Below are positions 36,641 through 50,085 of a stretch of DNA of 64,000 nt, piece by piece. Each line of letters opens with the position of its first letter. Within the stretch, counting starts at the first letter, position 1. Both the position numbers and the translations under genes were made by a program. Source of the stretch: Octopus sinensis. Taxonomy: Eukaryota. The stretch is from NCBI RefSeq assembly GCF_006345805.1, contig NC_043006.1, forward strand, positions 61,628,001-61,692,000, given 5' to 3'. The notes under the pieces are model-generated. The model searched no databases. It was not told the DNA's origin and saw only the letters and a list, made by a program, of their open reading frames with translations.

Positions 36641-36939
36641 CTATGTCCCAGTTTCTCTCTCACATGCTTCACTTGAACATCGTTACACGTCGATGAACCC
36701 CTGGCTCACTTATCGACGAATAGTAGTTGATTCTAAGTTAAATGAACCAGGCTCGTTTAAACAAGAAGATGTATCCTGAAAATGTATCATTGGTATTAAA
36801 GGGTTAATCTGGTCGCAAGCACTTCGCTTGGTTTGCCTTCCAAAGAGTCTCTTCTATGTTTCTAAAATTTTCTCTATTAGCTTGCTTTCTATCGCTAATG
36901 CTTAGTGAAATCTAACGTATTCTACTCTATTTCCCCTTT

Positions 36940-37480
36940 TCAGGCAGACCAGACGTTGAGGATTTTGCCCGTCAACGCCCGCTTAACTAATTCTCTAATC
37001 TGGTTTCTGTAACCTTGTCATGCTATGATTGACGCGGTCACCTTCCACTAGCCGGATCCTCGCCTACGAATTCTATCTAGTACAAACGTGCGGATGAAAA
37101 TTTTGTAGTCTATTTAGCCCACATTTTTGGAAAATGTATAGCTTACGTTACTGGATTACAAAGTACGCCATACATGACCCGATGCACTTGATCCTTGTCC
37201 ACGCTGGCACGTTCAGGAAATCCGGAGGGTACCCCTCAGTGGATAGCGTCTCAGTTGTTTGTGAAGCTTTTGCACCCCGTCTTGTACACGGTAGCCTACA
37301 CAATCTAAACGTGCGTTCAAGATCCAGTCACCCATTACTACTGAATGTTGAGAAGCCTGAAGGAAACCTCCAGGCGTCGAAAGAAAACTCACTGTCCTAC
37401 CCCTGTCGGGATACAGATGTTCTGTCCTTCTGGCTATTTTCGGATATCACTACAGGCACTTTTTTGAAGAATCTTTTGCT
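36940..37480 (-). mobile_element. Possible decayed L1/Tx1-like 3' fragment
   Basis: GC-richer segment with AWRF and CTRRG..ETLS resembling a decayed C-terminal knuckle. The match is weak. Confidence 0.3.
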
Positions 37481-37521
37481 TAGGGTCCCATTAAAATCTC
37501 CCATTCCTTATATATATATAT

Positions 37522-37893
37522 ATTCTTTTATTTATTTCAATCGTTTGATTGCCGCCATGTTAGAGCACTGCCTTGTAGTCGAATAAATCAGCCACAAGAC
37601 TTATCCTTTGGAGACCTAGTACTTATTCTATCGGTCTCTTTTGCCGAACGGCTAATTATGGGGAGGTAAACACACCAACATCAAGCGATGCTGGGGTGAC
37701 AAACACAGATACATGACTTACATACATATATACGTATACATATATGACGGGCTTCTTTTAGTTTCCGTCTACCAAATCCCCCCACATGTCTTTGGTCGGT
37801 CCGAGGCTAAAATAGAAGACACTTGCCCAAGGTGCCACACCGTGGAACCATGCGGTTGGTTAGCATGGTACTTACCCCACAGCCACTCCCGCG

Positions 37894-37895
<2 letters not shown>
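37522..37895 (-). mobile_element. tRNA-derived SINE, family B (full length, diverged)
   Basis: Reverse complement of 60871-61310, including ggcaccttgggcaagtgtcttcta, the central block and the tail. Confidence 0.88.
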
Positions 37896-37929
<34 letters not shown>

Positions 37930-39124
37930 TACTTACAAGTCTATAGGCTTGTAGTTAATTCTTATAAACCTGTAAATTTCGTATATGCTGTTGTTTTTAT
38001 GTTTTTAGAAATTTATTGTATACACGCCTATTTATTTAGTTTGGAATTGTTTTTGTTATCCTACTTTTCTTAGAAGCTCATTTAGTCTAAGTTGCATTTG
38101 AAGTATTTTATGTGTGTGTGTGTGTGTTTGAGTGAGTGAGCTAGTGAGTGAGTGAGTGTGTTTTTGTGTGTGTGAGTGTATTACAAAATCTGTCAAATAT
38201 TAATAACATAAATTATTATGTGAACAACAATGCAATAAGCACAACGTGAATGTATTTATCCTTATTGCATCGAATGTGCTCGCACATGGAACATATATTG
38301 TATTCTATTTATTTTGAAAGAAAAGTGTAAAAAGAATTTAGTAGAGTAAACATGTTAGAACAGGAAACTAAAATAATTGAATGGGGAGTCTAACAGAGGT
38401 AACGAGTCTCATAAGTACTTCTTCATGTTAAAACTAAATAATATGAACAGTGAATTAAGAATACATGTCAAGGAAAATCATATGCAATAATACATATCTA
38501 TGTGTTTTTTTCTGGGGAAAAATAGCAAAACAGTAGATATATTGTGACAAGACAAATTAGCAGAATACAAGTTTTCATAAAGTATTCTCCTTAGGAAATC
38601 GTAAACAATGCATATATTGAAAAGAAAACTAATACGTTTTGACAACTGCTGGAGTTCAAGCACTCCAAGGAAGACAGAGTAGCAAATATCAAATATATAA
38701 GGCCTTTTGAGAAATGTTAGCCGTACAGCAGTATGTTGCATGAGAAAATGTGTTGTTTGTAATATTCGTAACTAAAAGCAAATTTGATTTTTTTTTTGCC
38801 CTAGTATTTATGCCGGTTTCATTTTTATTAAAGACACTGATGCATTAGCGATCTTTTCAGAGCAATAAAATACAAAAATCATTGTAGCAAATATTTTGGG
38901 AACACTTTTGCAAACATAATGGTATCTGATATATAGAATTATCTAATGGAAAAACTCAAATAGTATAACAGTAAATTTCTGGCTAAAGGTATTGAGAGAT
39001 GCGCTGAAATTTCATGACTGAAATTTTTTTCTCCCGTAGACTAAACAAAATTCTAATTGAACTGTTTGAATAGTTCGAAGAAATGAGAGTTTAAGTTTAA
39101 GGAATTTATTTATAATGGCAAAAT

Positions 39125-39290
39125 TAATTAATATATTCTCAAATCAAAGTATTCATCTATACCGAGACGATGGCCCATCTGTTTTACGACTGTCTCATAA
39201 AATGTTGTAGATAACTCCCGAAAGAAACTAATCACAGCAATTAATAAGCTAGGCCTCAAACCAAAGGTTAAAGGTAATTTAGGCGGAGAT
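39125..39290 (+). mobile_element. Short PLE RT fragment (motif C)
   Basis: IFSNQSIHLYRDDG, then (frameshift) VDNSRKKLITAINKLGLK, parallel to GLYRDDC...RLARCFSRMGLS in the 13-14 kb arm. Confidence 0.55.
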
Positions 39291-39813
39291 TTTTGATATT
39301 TCAATAAACATTTCGCAGGACAATATTGATATAGTAAGATCCGCAATACCTGTGCCGTGAAAATTTGTCAGGTCCACTACCATAATGACAAATAAAACTA
39401 CCATAATAACAAAAGAAATAAAGCTCAGTGTGGCTATTTACAAAACAAAAGTGAATATAGTTTATACGTGTATATTATATATTATGCAGATGTTTCCTCA
39501 ATAATTAAAGTGGAAAACAGTTATGTAGACATTTGAAACTCAACTACGAAATCAGTGGAAACTACTCGAACTAAGAAAGATAGAAGGTTCTATCATAACA
39601 TAAAATAGCATTTGATCAATAAATGAAATACTTACAATGATGCAAGAAGCAAAAAAACCTGCCAAATATTGAGGACGGTTCAGCAGCCATTATGTAATTC
39701 TAAGTCATATCATCATGTGAACAGATAGATATGGATAAAATCTAAGCATTTCTGGATAGCAAATCTATTAAAGCAGCACTCCACCATGTATGCACAAGTA
39801 TGTATATATGTAG

Positions 39814-39907
<94 letters not shown>

Positions 39908-40492
39908 TTTTTGCATTCCCTTCCTTCACTGCTCGTGTTAAGCAGTGAAGGAAGTGTTAAGTATTGTTGTTTTTATGTATATTTTATCTTCTGAAACATT
40001 CCACTATTGATGCCAGGTTTCAAAATACGCTTAGATGTATGGAATGAAATGGTATGTCATAGTTTGTTCATATTTAAACCACATTTATACTCTCTGAACA
40101 TAAAATAAGTCCTAGAAAGTTGCAATTACTGGAAACTTGAAATCACTAGAAGCTTGCTCGATAAATGACGAGAGTCCTTTATCATGCCATGCATTTAACG
40201 TCAATTTCATCAAATTTTCCTATCTTCTCTCATATTAAGCTGGGTAGCTATTATTATTAATTTTCAAGTCAGAGGATCCTTGCACGTCTTGCAGTCTAAA
40301 GCATTGACACAAGCTGCATACATTTTACTGAATCTGCTGAAATTCTTTGCATGCAGCGTGGAATACTTTATTGACGAAAGCCCTGACAGTGGTGCTTCAG
40401 GCAAGTGATTACAGTTTATCGTATTCAATGGAATAAATTTAGAGGATACCATAATGAAACGTGCAGTTCTTTTCTAATTCGTTTTCGTATAA

Positions 40493-40531
<39 letters not shown>

Positions 40532-40544
40532 AGATATATAGATA

Positions 40545-40730
40545 TAGCCCAGTGGTTAGAGCGTCGGGCTCTCACTAATCAGGTAATGAGTTCGAGACCT
40601 GGAGAGGACTGTATGTTGTCCTTCTGAGTATGAAACTTTATTTCTCGTTGCTCCAGTTCATTCAGCTCTAGAAACGAGTCGTGATGTCACTGCAGCCAAG
40701 CCGTATAGGCTTTGGCATTCCCTTCTATAA
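40545..40730 (+). mobile_element. tRNA-derived SINE, family C
   Basis: agcccagtggttagagcg (A box), gagttcgagacc (B box), gttgctccagttcattcagct body. Confidence 0.75.
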
Positions 40731-41815
40731 CATCAGTGGCGCGTGTGTGCGTCTGTGTGTCTCTGAGAGAGAGCTTAAAGGGATATATTATCCAGGCTGT
40801 TATCGTAGTAGATCTCAGTTTTGTTCCTGGTTACGGCTAATCTCAACGGTTAGTATTTAACATCTATGCCTCTTATGAATGATAATTCACGCAGTAAATT
40901 CCTACGATGGATAATTCTGTATTTGCTTCTGTAGATCGTAATATTATCTCGAATGAATATTAGCAATAATTATAATGATAGAGAATATTTAGGCTTCATC
41001 ATCCTCAAAATTTATTCCTTTTTATTTTGCAATTTAATAGAGCATATTTTTGTGGCTATTGCCACCTACACGCTTTTCCCCTGTGCAGAATATAGGCAGT
41101 TGCACATGCAACCGGCTATAATTTTCTGTGCAGCTTCGTTCAGGTAACTTCGTTCAGTGCAGCTTCGTTCAGGCAGCTAACGTCGAGGCACGTGTAGGTG
41201 GAAACACGTGTGGGTCGTAATAGCCTTCAGCATACGCTGCTAGAAATTGTAAAATGAAAAGAAATAAGTCTCCATATTCTATATCCTTGGCACGGCAGGT
41301 GGTCGTCTTGACCGGAGTTGACAGACCTTGCTTTGTCTTCTTTTTATTTCTTTTGCAGTCTTTCTCGTTTCTTCGAAAGTAGAACTAGAGAGGAAATTAC
41401 CATCACGTGCACGTAGCCAAAGTGTTTTTAGGAGCTAGAAGCTTTCTGAGTATCAGATCTGCAACTGCCGCTCATGAAGGCATCACCATTGGGCTTGCAG
41501 TAGAAGTAGAGTTGGAAAGCATTATGTAATACACAGATAGACTGCCTGCTTGTCTTTTATTATGGTCGACGACAGATCGCGTACCCGATGCCCACGCACT
41601 TCGTTCCAAGACTCACTCTGTGATTCATCAAGGGATTTAGACAGTATTGAACAATGTAGCAGCGTCGAACTGGCGGTACCAGCGCTCTTTCAGCCTACTG
41701 TTTCAAGATTCTTGACAAGACTTCAATGCTATCGTAGCGACACAGCCAAGTGATTCGTTACTTTCGTGCTTACCTGGAACCAGTACTGGGACTTTGGAGC
41801 TGGGCTTTGGACGCC

Positions 41816-41879
<64 letters not shown>

Positions 41880-43706
41880 AACAGATAGATATATATATAG
41901 ATATATAGATAGACAGGCATACAAACTCACAGAAATAGATTGTCAGAGAAGCAGATAGGTAGATACATGTGTACATGCATATTTACACAATCTATTTTTA
42001 CGCATAAACACACTCACATACATACATACATAAACACACACGTAATGCTTTTTATAATTTGGAACGGAATAAGTTGTTGCAATAAAGGAGAGAATGCACG
42101 AAAGTGTAAAAAAATATAAATAGTCATAATAATTGCATATTCTGTTATGAAGTATCCGATTTAGATAAATCAATTTTTTAATGTTTCTGAATAGACTATA
42201 GAATCCATATTCTTCTTATCTGTACTTTGTGCATTACATCATAAACACGTATCAACGTTATGACAAACAAGTTTATCTGTATCCAAATATGCCTATAAAA
42301 ACAGCTGCAACGTTGTGCAGTTGTACATGTTTTAAAAACTAGATTATTTATAAGGAATAACAGATCATCTGTTTATGGAATATGTTATTTTTATATCTCC
42401 TAGTGGTATTTCTTTAAGTATGCATTCTCAACAATATTTAGCGACAGAATAATTCTGATTTTGCATTGATAAATAAACACTAAAGACGTATAAAATACAA
42501 CTAAAGCAAATTTATTGCAAGCAAGTTTATTATTCATTCAAAATTTGCCAAAAAACTACCCTGTCGAAATGAAGAGAGAAATGTTTTTCTTTACAGAAAT
42601 AAAAAGTAAAAAACTAGAAATCAATGATGGATCAGCTACTTCAAATATTTTTAAAATTCTTTCTTTTTACTGTAGTTTAATAAAATATCTTGGTACCTAT
42701 ATTATTTATAAAGTCAACTATGAGCTTATACATAATTATTACGCTACGGACCGAATTTACGTTAACTGGATAAATGTCAGTGAATGAGATGGCATATTAC
42801 TTCTGGTACATAAATAATACACCCGATAAACATATGTTACTTTCCACCTCCACATAATGTTAGAATATTTCTTCTGTAGTTTACTTTAAGAATTCTTTAG
42901 AATCCACCAAGTTTAAACTCTTTTACTTGTTCATGACAGCATGTTATAGAAAAGTGACCTAAATTGAACTGTCTAGCATATACCTCTGCTACGGTTTTCA
43001 GAAGCTACATACTTAGAGAAAGTAGTGGATTAGTTCGAGGGTGCGAGAGACAAATTTCCAGATCGAAACTGGCCAAGACATCGTTGGTATGCCTGGACAA
43101 TTAAAGTTTCATTTCCATAGAACGAGTATTTCTTGCTGCTTCCGTTGCTGATAAAATCCATGCAGTGTTTGATAAGGGCCTGATATAAATTCAGTTTAGC
43201 GGAAAAAGGAAAAGAGAGAGTGAGAAAACATAAAATACGGGAGGTATAAAATAATTTTCATAGGTGAAAGCAATATTTGAAAGTAAACATTGATGCTTAT
43301 CATAGTGTAAATATTGCAAAGTATCTAAACTGTGATTTTAGCAATGCATCAGGTCCTATTTTCCAACCTAATACATAAACCTATGCCAGTTACTCCTCTC
43401 TATCTGCTACATTGATATTAAAATAATATTGTTCTGTGGTGAACATAGTGTTTTAATGATTCTGACATTATTTAGGTATGCAGTGTGAGATCAATATGGC
43501 ATGATTTGTATTACTCATTGTTCAAGTCTCATTAAAAATTACGAAATATTTTACAATTTCCTAACATCAAAGGAAAGAAAGATATCGTTTCAATTATTAT
43601 TTTTAACTGAAAAATCATTTCAGCCCAACTAAATAGCAATTAATATAAAACTTAATAAATCATATTTCATCCAAGGTCTAATAAAATATTCGTTGACATA
43701 TTATTA

Positions 43707-43741
<35 letters not shown>

Positions 43742-44496
43742 GTTATTATTATTATTATTACTATTATTATTATTATTGCTGCTGCTGCCTTACTGCGAAG
43801 ATGCACAGAGTTGGTGCTCTGTAAGTTTAAAGTGTTTCGTCAATCATTTCGGCGCGTTAAAGACTGTTCAGTCAATCATTTTGTGGTAACTATTTTGCTA
43901 ATGTTGTCTGGATCGTGGTGGTAACATTTCTGTACAGGTAACCCTCTGTCTGTAACCCAGTGATTTTTATTTTACTTGTGTGAATTTTATTAGTGTGAAA
44001 ACAAGAAATTTGTATATTTTGCGATTATAAAAAATGTCGGAACATGGAAAATAATCGACATTGAACAGCATTCTAACGAACCAGATTAAACTCTAATTGT
44101 AAGCATGAACATAGTTAAAATTATTTTATCGACACAAAGCAATATAATTTCGTCTTCTTGCTATGACAACAGCAACACCTGCAATCATACAAGGAGCAGC
44201 AATAACAGTATGAACAACAATAATGGCAATGTGTAAAACAGTAACACCTACAGTTGAAGCAGTGGTGGTGACAGGGACAACAGTAAAAGCAACAGCATCA
44301 GCAAAAACTACAGCAAGCACGTGAAGAAGAAGAACGAAAAAAAAAAACAATCAGAGGCACGTGTACAAGATAAAAACAATAACAGCAACAACAGCGAAAC
44401 CAGTGTGCATTTATAACCACAGAACCTTTGTGGAAAACTGCTAATGATTCCGCCGGTTCGCCTTTATAAGAAACTGCTATTAGAAATGTAAGCGTT

Positions 44497-44725
44497 CAGG
44501 GTGATGAGCAGCGGAATAGTTTATGCGTGGGACAAAACGCTTAGCGGCAAGCAATGCGTCCCTGTTTATGGTGTGAGTTCAAATTCTCCCGAGATCGACT
44601 TTGCCTTTCATCCTTTTAGTCTCGGAAGGATGAAAATATCAGTTGAACACTGGGCTCGATCTAATCGACTTAACCCCTATCCTCCAAAATTTGGGCTTCG
44701 TGCCAAAAATGAGAAAAACGTTAGA
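44497..44725 (+). mobile_element. tRNA-derived SINE, family A (diverged)
   Basis: aacgcttagcggc..gagttcaaattc..gagatcgactttgcctttcatcc core. Confidence 0.8.
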
Positions 44726-45271
44726 TATACAAGCGTACTGATTTACAAAATGGTTAACGTAATTTATGAAAAGTATGCGTTGATTGTTTATATTCCCTTG
44801 AATTCTTATTTCAAATCACAGTGAAGCCGATTAGGAATTTTGTTCTTTCAAATTCAATACTAGTGAAATAGCAAAATCAAATAAATTTATCATATCCATT
44901 TCGCCAAAACATTCGATAAGTTTCCTAACTTAGAAATTATTACGTGGCTAATATATGGTATGTCCTGGAAGAGAATTTAAACTATATGTTACAATCGTTA
45001 TGTGTCGTAGTGTCTGTCAAATGTCCCAGTTATTGTGACATAGAGTTGAAGAAGATCCTGCGAAAAGGCATACATGATTCAAAAGAGGGCTATGTTAAAT
45101 ATGGTGTGCGCCTATTTAACTTCAACGAAAATGTAAATAAATCAGCAGAAGTGAAAGGGAAACTGCAATTCTTGTTTATACAAGAAAATTATCGAATGGC
45201 AAGACATTGCAAAAAACATCCACGATCACCTACGCAGCTAAACAGTCATGGCTCATGAAGAAAGAGTAAGT

Positions 45272-45274
<3 letters not shown>

Positions 45275-45342
<68 letters not shown>
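45275..45342. repeat. (AG)n microsatellite
   Basis: AG repeat tract. Confidence 0.95.
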
Positions 45343-45346
<4 letters not shown>

Positions 45347-45387
45347 AGTTGTATGGCACAGCTGATATAGAACTGAAGAATACCGTT

Positions 45388-45427
<40 letters not shown>

Positions 45428-46344
45428 CCTTAACATATATAAAGCTGAAAAATACCGTTCTTTAACATTCTGAGTTCAAATGTTATTGAGTGTAAATTTG
45501 ATATTATTTTAAAACATATAGGGATCGTGTTCAATATGTAGTCACAATTCAAGTGTTACTAACACTTCTTAAGCACTAATTTTGAATTTGAAGCCATGTT
45601 CTCCTCATTTTATTTCAGACATTTATTTGAACACAACTACTATAGTATTGTTTGCCTTCCACCGTACACTTTCTTTTGCTATTTTTAAGCAGCTACACTC
45701 TTGGATGTTTTCTATTTCGTTCGTTTATATATTCTGGATACAAATATGGTGTATTTTATATTACTGTATATCGCTATAATTTTAGTTTTTTCTTCATATT
45801 TGTATCTATTTGACATTTTGGATATTGTATTTCATTCTTAAATGGGGAAAAATATATTGGTTATTTATATTTTTAATCCTGATATTATTGATTTCCGTTT
45901 CTCCTCATAATTCTGTTTCATTTTCTACTGCTCTGTGTGCTTATAAAACATTGGCAGAAACCTGCATTTTGTGGTTTATTTGTGGCATATCTCGAAAGAA
46001 TCAAAAAAAGTTTATATTTACAAATAATATGCATAATGACGCTGTCTATTCTTAGTAAGATTGTGTTATTTTAGTGAGATTTCTGATTTTCGTAATACGT
46101 TTACTCGAAATAAATTCCCATGTTATTTTTCTCTATATACAGCGCAATGTATTAATTTTGTCGCTCGATTCTAGCACTGGCATGTTATATCAGTAGTCTC
46201 CTTCTGTACCATCTCAGTTATTATCTTTTCTGTATACAATTAAATCTATAAAACCTATATAAAATATTTTAATACTCTTTAAGAATTATATTTACTTAAA
46301 TGTTTTCTAATGAACTGAAGGACTTATATCACTCCGCATTATTT

Positions 46345-46520
46345 AAATCTTTAGCGCGGCGGTGAGCTAGCAAAATCTTTAGCGCGGCGGTGAGCTAGCA
46401 AAATCTTTAGCGCGGCGGTGAGCTAGCAAAATCTTTTGCGTGTCGAAGCAACGTGCTTAGCGGGATTTTTTAACGTTCTGAATTCAAATTCCACAGAGGT
46501 CAACCTTGCTTTTCATCCTT
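46345..46520 (+). mobile_element. SINE family A with a perfectly triplicated 28-bp 5' head
   Basis: (aaatctttagcgcggcggtgagctagca)x3 at 46345-46428, then tgcttagcgg..gaattcaaattcc..gaggtcaaccttgcttttcatcc. Confidence 0.85.
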
Positions 46521-46761
46521 CTGCGTTTGCTAAAATGCGTGCCAGCTGACTACTGAGGTTGATGATTCTCATTCCTAAATGTGCTTGCATTTGGCAAGGC
46601 ATTGTGCAAGGCAATGTGCAAGGCTTTATTGCCTTCGTACGAAAATTTAAAAGAAATATGTAAACGTTAAGCTTGTTTACTAACATGATTTGTTTACTGA
46701 ATAGATTCATACAATAATTCTACACCTTGCGCGTATAGCTTATTACTAAATATACTGAATG

Positions 46762-47797
46762 ACGAGGGTGGGAGACATTTCTTGAAAATGGACAAACTTT
46801 GGCATCGGATGTTGTCAAGTATCTGCAGAAAAAGGGTTTTGCCCCCAACGGCATTCATACTGATTACTACATTAGGGGACGACATGCCAGCTTCCTCAAC
46901 AGTGCAAACGTAGACAGCTGAATTTAGGAGGGAAAGCAGAACGGTTGAATATGACTGAAAGTCTGGACGTCCTCAAATTGTCACCATCTGGTGATGAATG
47001 AGAGGCGATTGACTATAAATTAAATAGCCAATGATGTTAGCATATCCCGTGAGAGATTTGAGCATATACTACATAGTGAACTTGGAATAACGAACAGTTC
47101 TGCTCGGTGAGCGCCACGTCTTCTGACACCTAATCAAAAGTACACCAGGCTCCGGACATCGCGGGAAAATCAGACAGTGTTTTAGGCAGATCCAACTGGT
47201 TTCCTTGAGCGTTTTCTAAACAGAAACAAAGAGACAGAAACAAAGAGATGATTAATGCTGTGGAAACACCCCACCTCACCTGCACAAAAGAAGGCCAAGT
47301 TTGTTTCATCTGCAATGTAGCTGATGGCCTCAGCGTATTTGTACTGCAAAATTCATTTTATTTTAGACTACCTTTCAGATGTCTACACCATCAATGTAGT
47401 GTACTGCGTGCCATCTTGCTGAGACAGATAAGTAAGGCTATCAAGACCAAACGCCCATGAAAACTGACAAAGTATCTCTTATATCAGGACAAGGCTCGAA
47501 CACACAAATTCTTAGTTTCGATGGCAGTTGTGCGTAACTGGTTTTGAACTGGTTGATCACCGTCCTTTTTCTCTTGATATAGCCCCTTCTGTGTAGAATC
47601 TGTTCTCTTACATGAAAAAAGAAGTCTTGGCTGGCAACCAATATCACTGTGATATTGGTGAAAGCCTCTTTACCAATGGGATCGATGCGCTGCAACACCG
47701 ATGAAAGACGTGTTCCCTGCAAGGAAAAGTATGTTGAAAAATAAACCCCATTTGGTCACATGTTGCTCAGCCTATGAAATTTTCAGCCGACACTCGT
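46762..47797 (+). mobile_element. Near full-length degenerate mariner (DD34D) element
   Basis: KYLQKKG, SGRP, ILHSELG..SAR..PRLLTPNQK, KKAKFVSSA..MAS, YQDKAR.H, DH.PFSLDIAPS, NGIDALQHR..KYVEK*. Termini are acgagggtg and cactcgt|ata. Confidence 0.85.
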
Positions 47798-48799
47798 ATA
47801 TAAATTATACATATCATTGACATTTCTCACATGGCGTTTACATATTAATTATCTATTTGCATTTGTCATTTGTTTTGTATCAAGGTAATTTAAAGACTAT
47901 AAATCGTACTGTTTAATTATATTAATAGTATTGGTTTTGTAAACAATATGTGTGGTAAAGAAATAATATTTTATATATGCCGGATATATGCTTATTTAGA
48001 TAATCGATAATCTAATGATTGTACATTAGGCATATTCCAGTATCTCAATGAACGGTTTTGCTGCAACATTAAAAGTGATACATGATATTAACTATATTCC
48101 GAACACATACAAAAACAATGAAATTTCTTTGTTGTATGTTATTTTATTCATTGCTAATGCAAGTCTGTCGCATCTCTTAACTCTGTGTATCCTTCTCTTC
48201 TGTGACATGCGTTGAGATTTGAATTTAGAAGCCTGAGCATACACCGCAAGTCAACCCGTTGAATAAAGTCAAAATTGTGTCATTATGTATTTGTAGGTGG
48301 ACTCCTTATTTGTCTACGAACGTGTAATAATGGAAAAGTAGATTAAGGCGAGATACGATCTCGAAGCATTGAGGATAGATACATATAGGGAAATGGTAAA
48401 CTATTCACTAACAACTATTTCGACACCTTCCTAAATTTGATTTCCATTAAAGTCTCTATATTTTTATTTGCAATTAATCTTTAAAATTCTTCACGAATTT
48501 AGCTGGTATCATGTTCACAGGCCCATAATTCTCTGGAACCCCGAATACCCTTACATCGTTGTCAAATCCCAAAAGTGTTTTTTACAGTTTTCCTTGCCTT
48601 AATATTTGCTTTCCTTGTCCTATATTTTAATGCATTTACCAATTATCCACAATAACCAAGTATTTGACTATATAATCTTTGTACTTTCGGTATTATGAGG
48701 TTGCCTATTGACTGCACAAACTTTTGCACAAAGAGCAACTTCTCATGTTTTTAGTTGCAGTTGTGTCTCTTCTTACAATGTATGTGCTTACATTTTACT

Positions 48800-49279
48800 G
48801 CTATCACAGATGACAAAATAGTTCCTATGACCTCTCCTCAAACTGTTATCGTATGCTTGTTTCAGTTCACGTGTGTTTGAAATCATAATAGGATTGTTGT
48901 TGTTTTTTTTTGCAGACGCAGTCGGTACTGGTTGGCAAACAGCACTGGGTAATTTCATTAGTCTCTGCTTTTCTAAAATTCATTTCTCTATAATCCAATA
49001 CTAAGTTTTTACACTTCTTCTAGAGTATGTTCTCTGTGGGTGTACAAAACTGTTTTGTCATCTGTGATAGCACAGCGAACATACTCTGGAAGAAATCTAA
49101 AACTTAGTAAAGGATTATAGAGAAATGAGTTTTAGAAAAGCAGAGTCTAATGAAAAAACTCAGTGTTGTTTGCAAACCAGCACCGACTGCGTCTGCAACT
49201 AGAAAAGTTAAGCCTATTATTTTTTCAAACACGTGTGAACTGAAACTAGTATAAGATAACAATTTGAGGAGGGGTCATA
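48800..49279. repeat. Imperfect fold-back (about 210-bp arms) with the loop sequence repeated in inverted form outside the left arm
   Basis: 48826-49038 is the reverse complement of 49071-49279. The loop's tgttttgtcatctgtgatagc is the reverse complement of 48800-48823. Confidence 0.85.
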
Positions 49280-50014
49280 ACAATGAAATTCAAAAATATT
49301 ATTGTTAGGTTCTAGAAATTAAAATTTAATACGTCACTTTTATAGAAGGTTGTTGTCGATTTCAAAGTTTTGAACATAACAATATTCTTTTGATCGTGAG
49401 CTATTAATCCGCCTGATTAAAATGTGTGTATTATGAGATGGCAAGCACGATTTCTAAAGTTTGAACAACAACAAAAAATACAGAAGCAATTATTAATTCT
49501 ACCCTTCCACCGCAAGCAATTTCTTAATACCGACTTGAAAAATCTGGAAGCAAGTGAGAAGGGATATCGTGAAAGAGCTGCACAAAGAAGCAACCGGAAT
49601 TCAATAATGCTGTTTGTGTAACTATTTAAGACTTTAACTGGGAGATTATGGTATGCACGCGAAACATTGAATTTTTAAAAATTATACATTGAGCCACATC
49701 AGGCACTATTGATAATTAAAATAGTTTCTAAAAAGATAGTCAACCCCAACTTTAATTCATGATAATAGTAATGGTGCATGTGCAAATATGAAAAAAAAGG
49801 TTCAGTATGCTCTAGTTTGGGAATCCACTAAGAATTTTGAACAATTGTGTTCAGAAAAAAGTAGAGATGTATGGTTTTACGACAAACATGATCGCCGAAA
49901 ATTGTTGTTTTTCTCACATGAACGCATTCAAATTTCATCATTTGATGAAATTCAATTTTGTTGAAACTAAAGAAAAAAGTCCTTATATTACAAGCGATTG
50001 TTGCTATTTCTTAC

Positions 50015-50085
50015 TTTGAAATCAATCTTCCCATCATACGACTCATCATAATATGTAAAAACCTTTGCCCATGAAATGAATGTAA
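50015..50085 (-). CDS. Candidate 71-nt host exon encoding an EF-hand loop
   Basis: TFISWAKVFTYYDESYDGKIDFK followed exactly by a GTAAGA donor. The acceptor (AAG) is weak and no partner exons were found. Confidence 0.3.

Noticed and set aside
41805-41820. TGGCGTCCAAAG as an LTR primer-binding site (tRNA-Lys-like)
   Set aside because: The match is short with mismatches, and no LTR pair or gag/pol was found.
45373-45460. ctgaa(g/a)aataccgttc repeated around a (TA)n tract
   Set aside because: A short imperfect duplication with no hammerhead or element structure; likely slippage.
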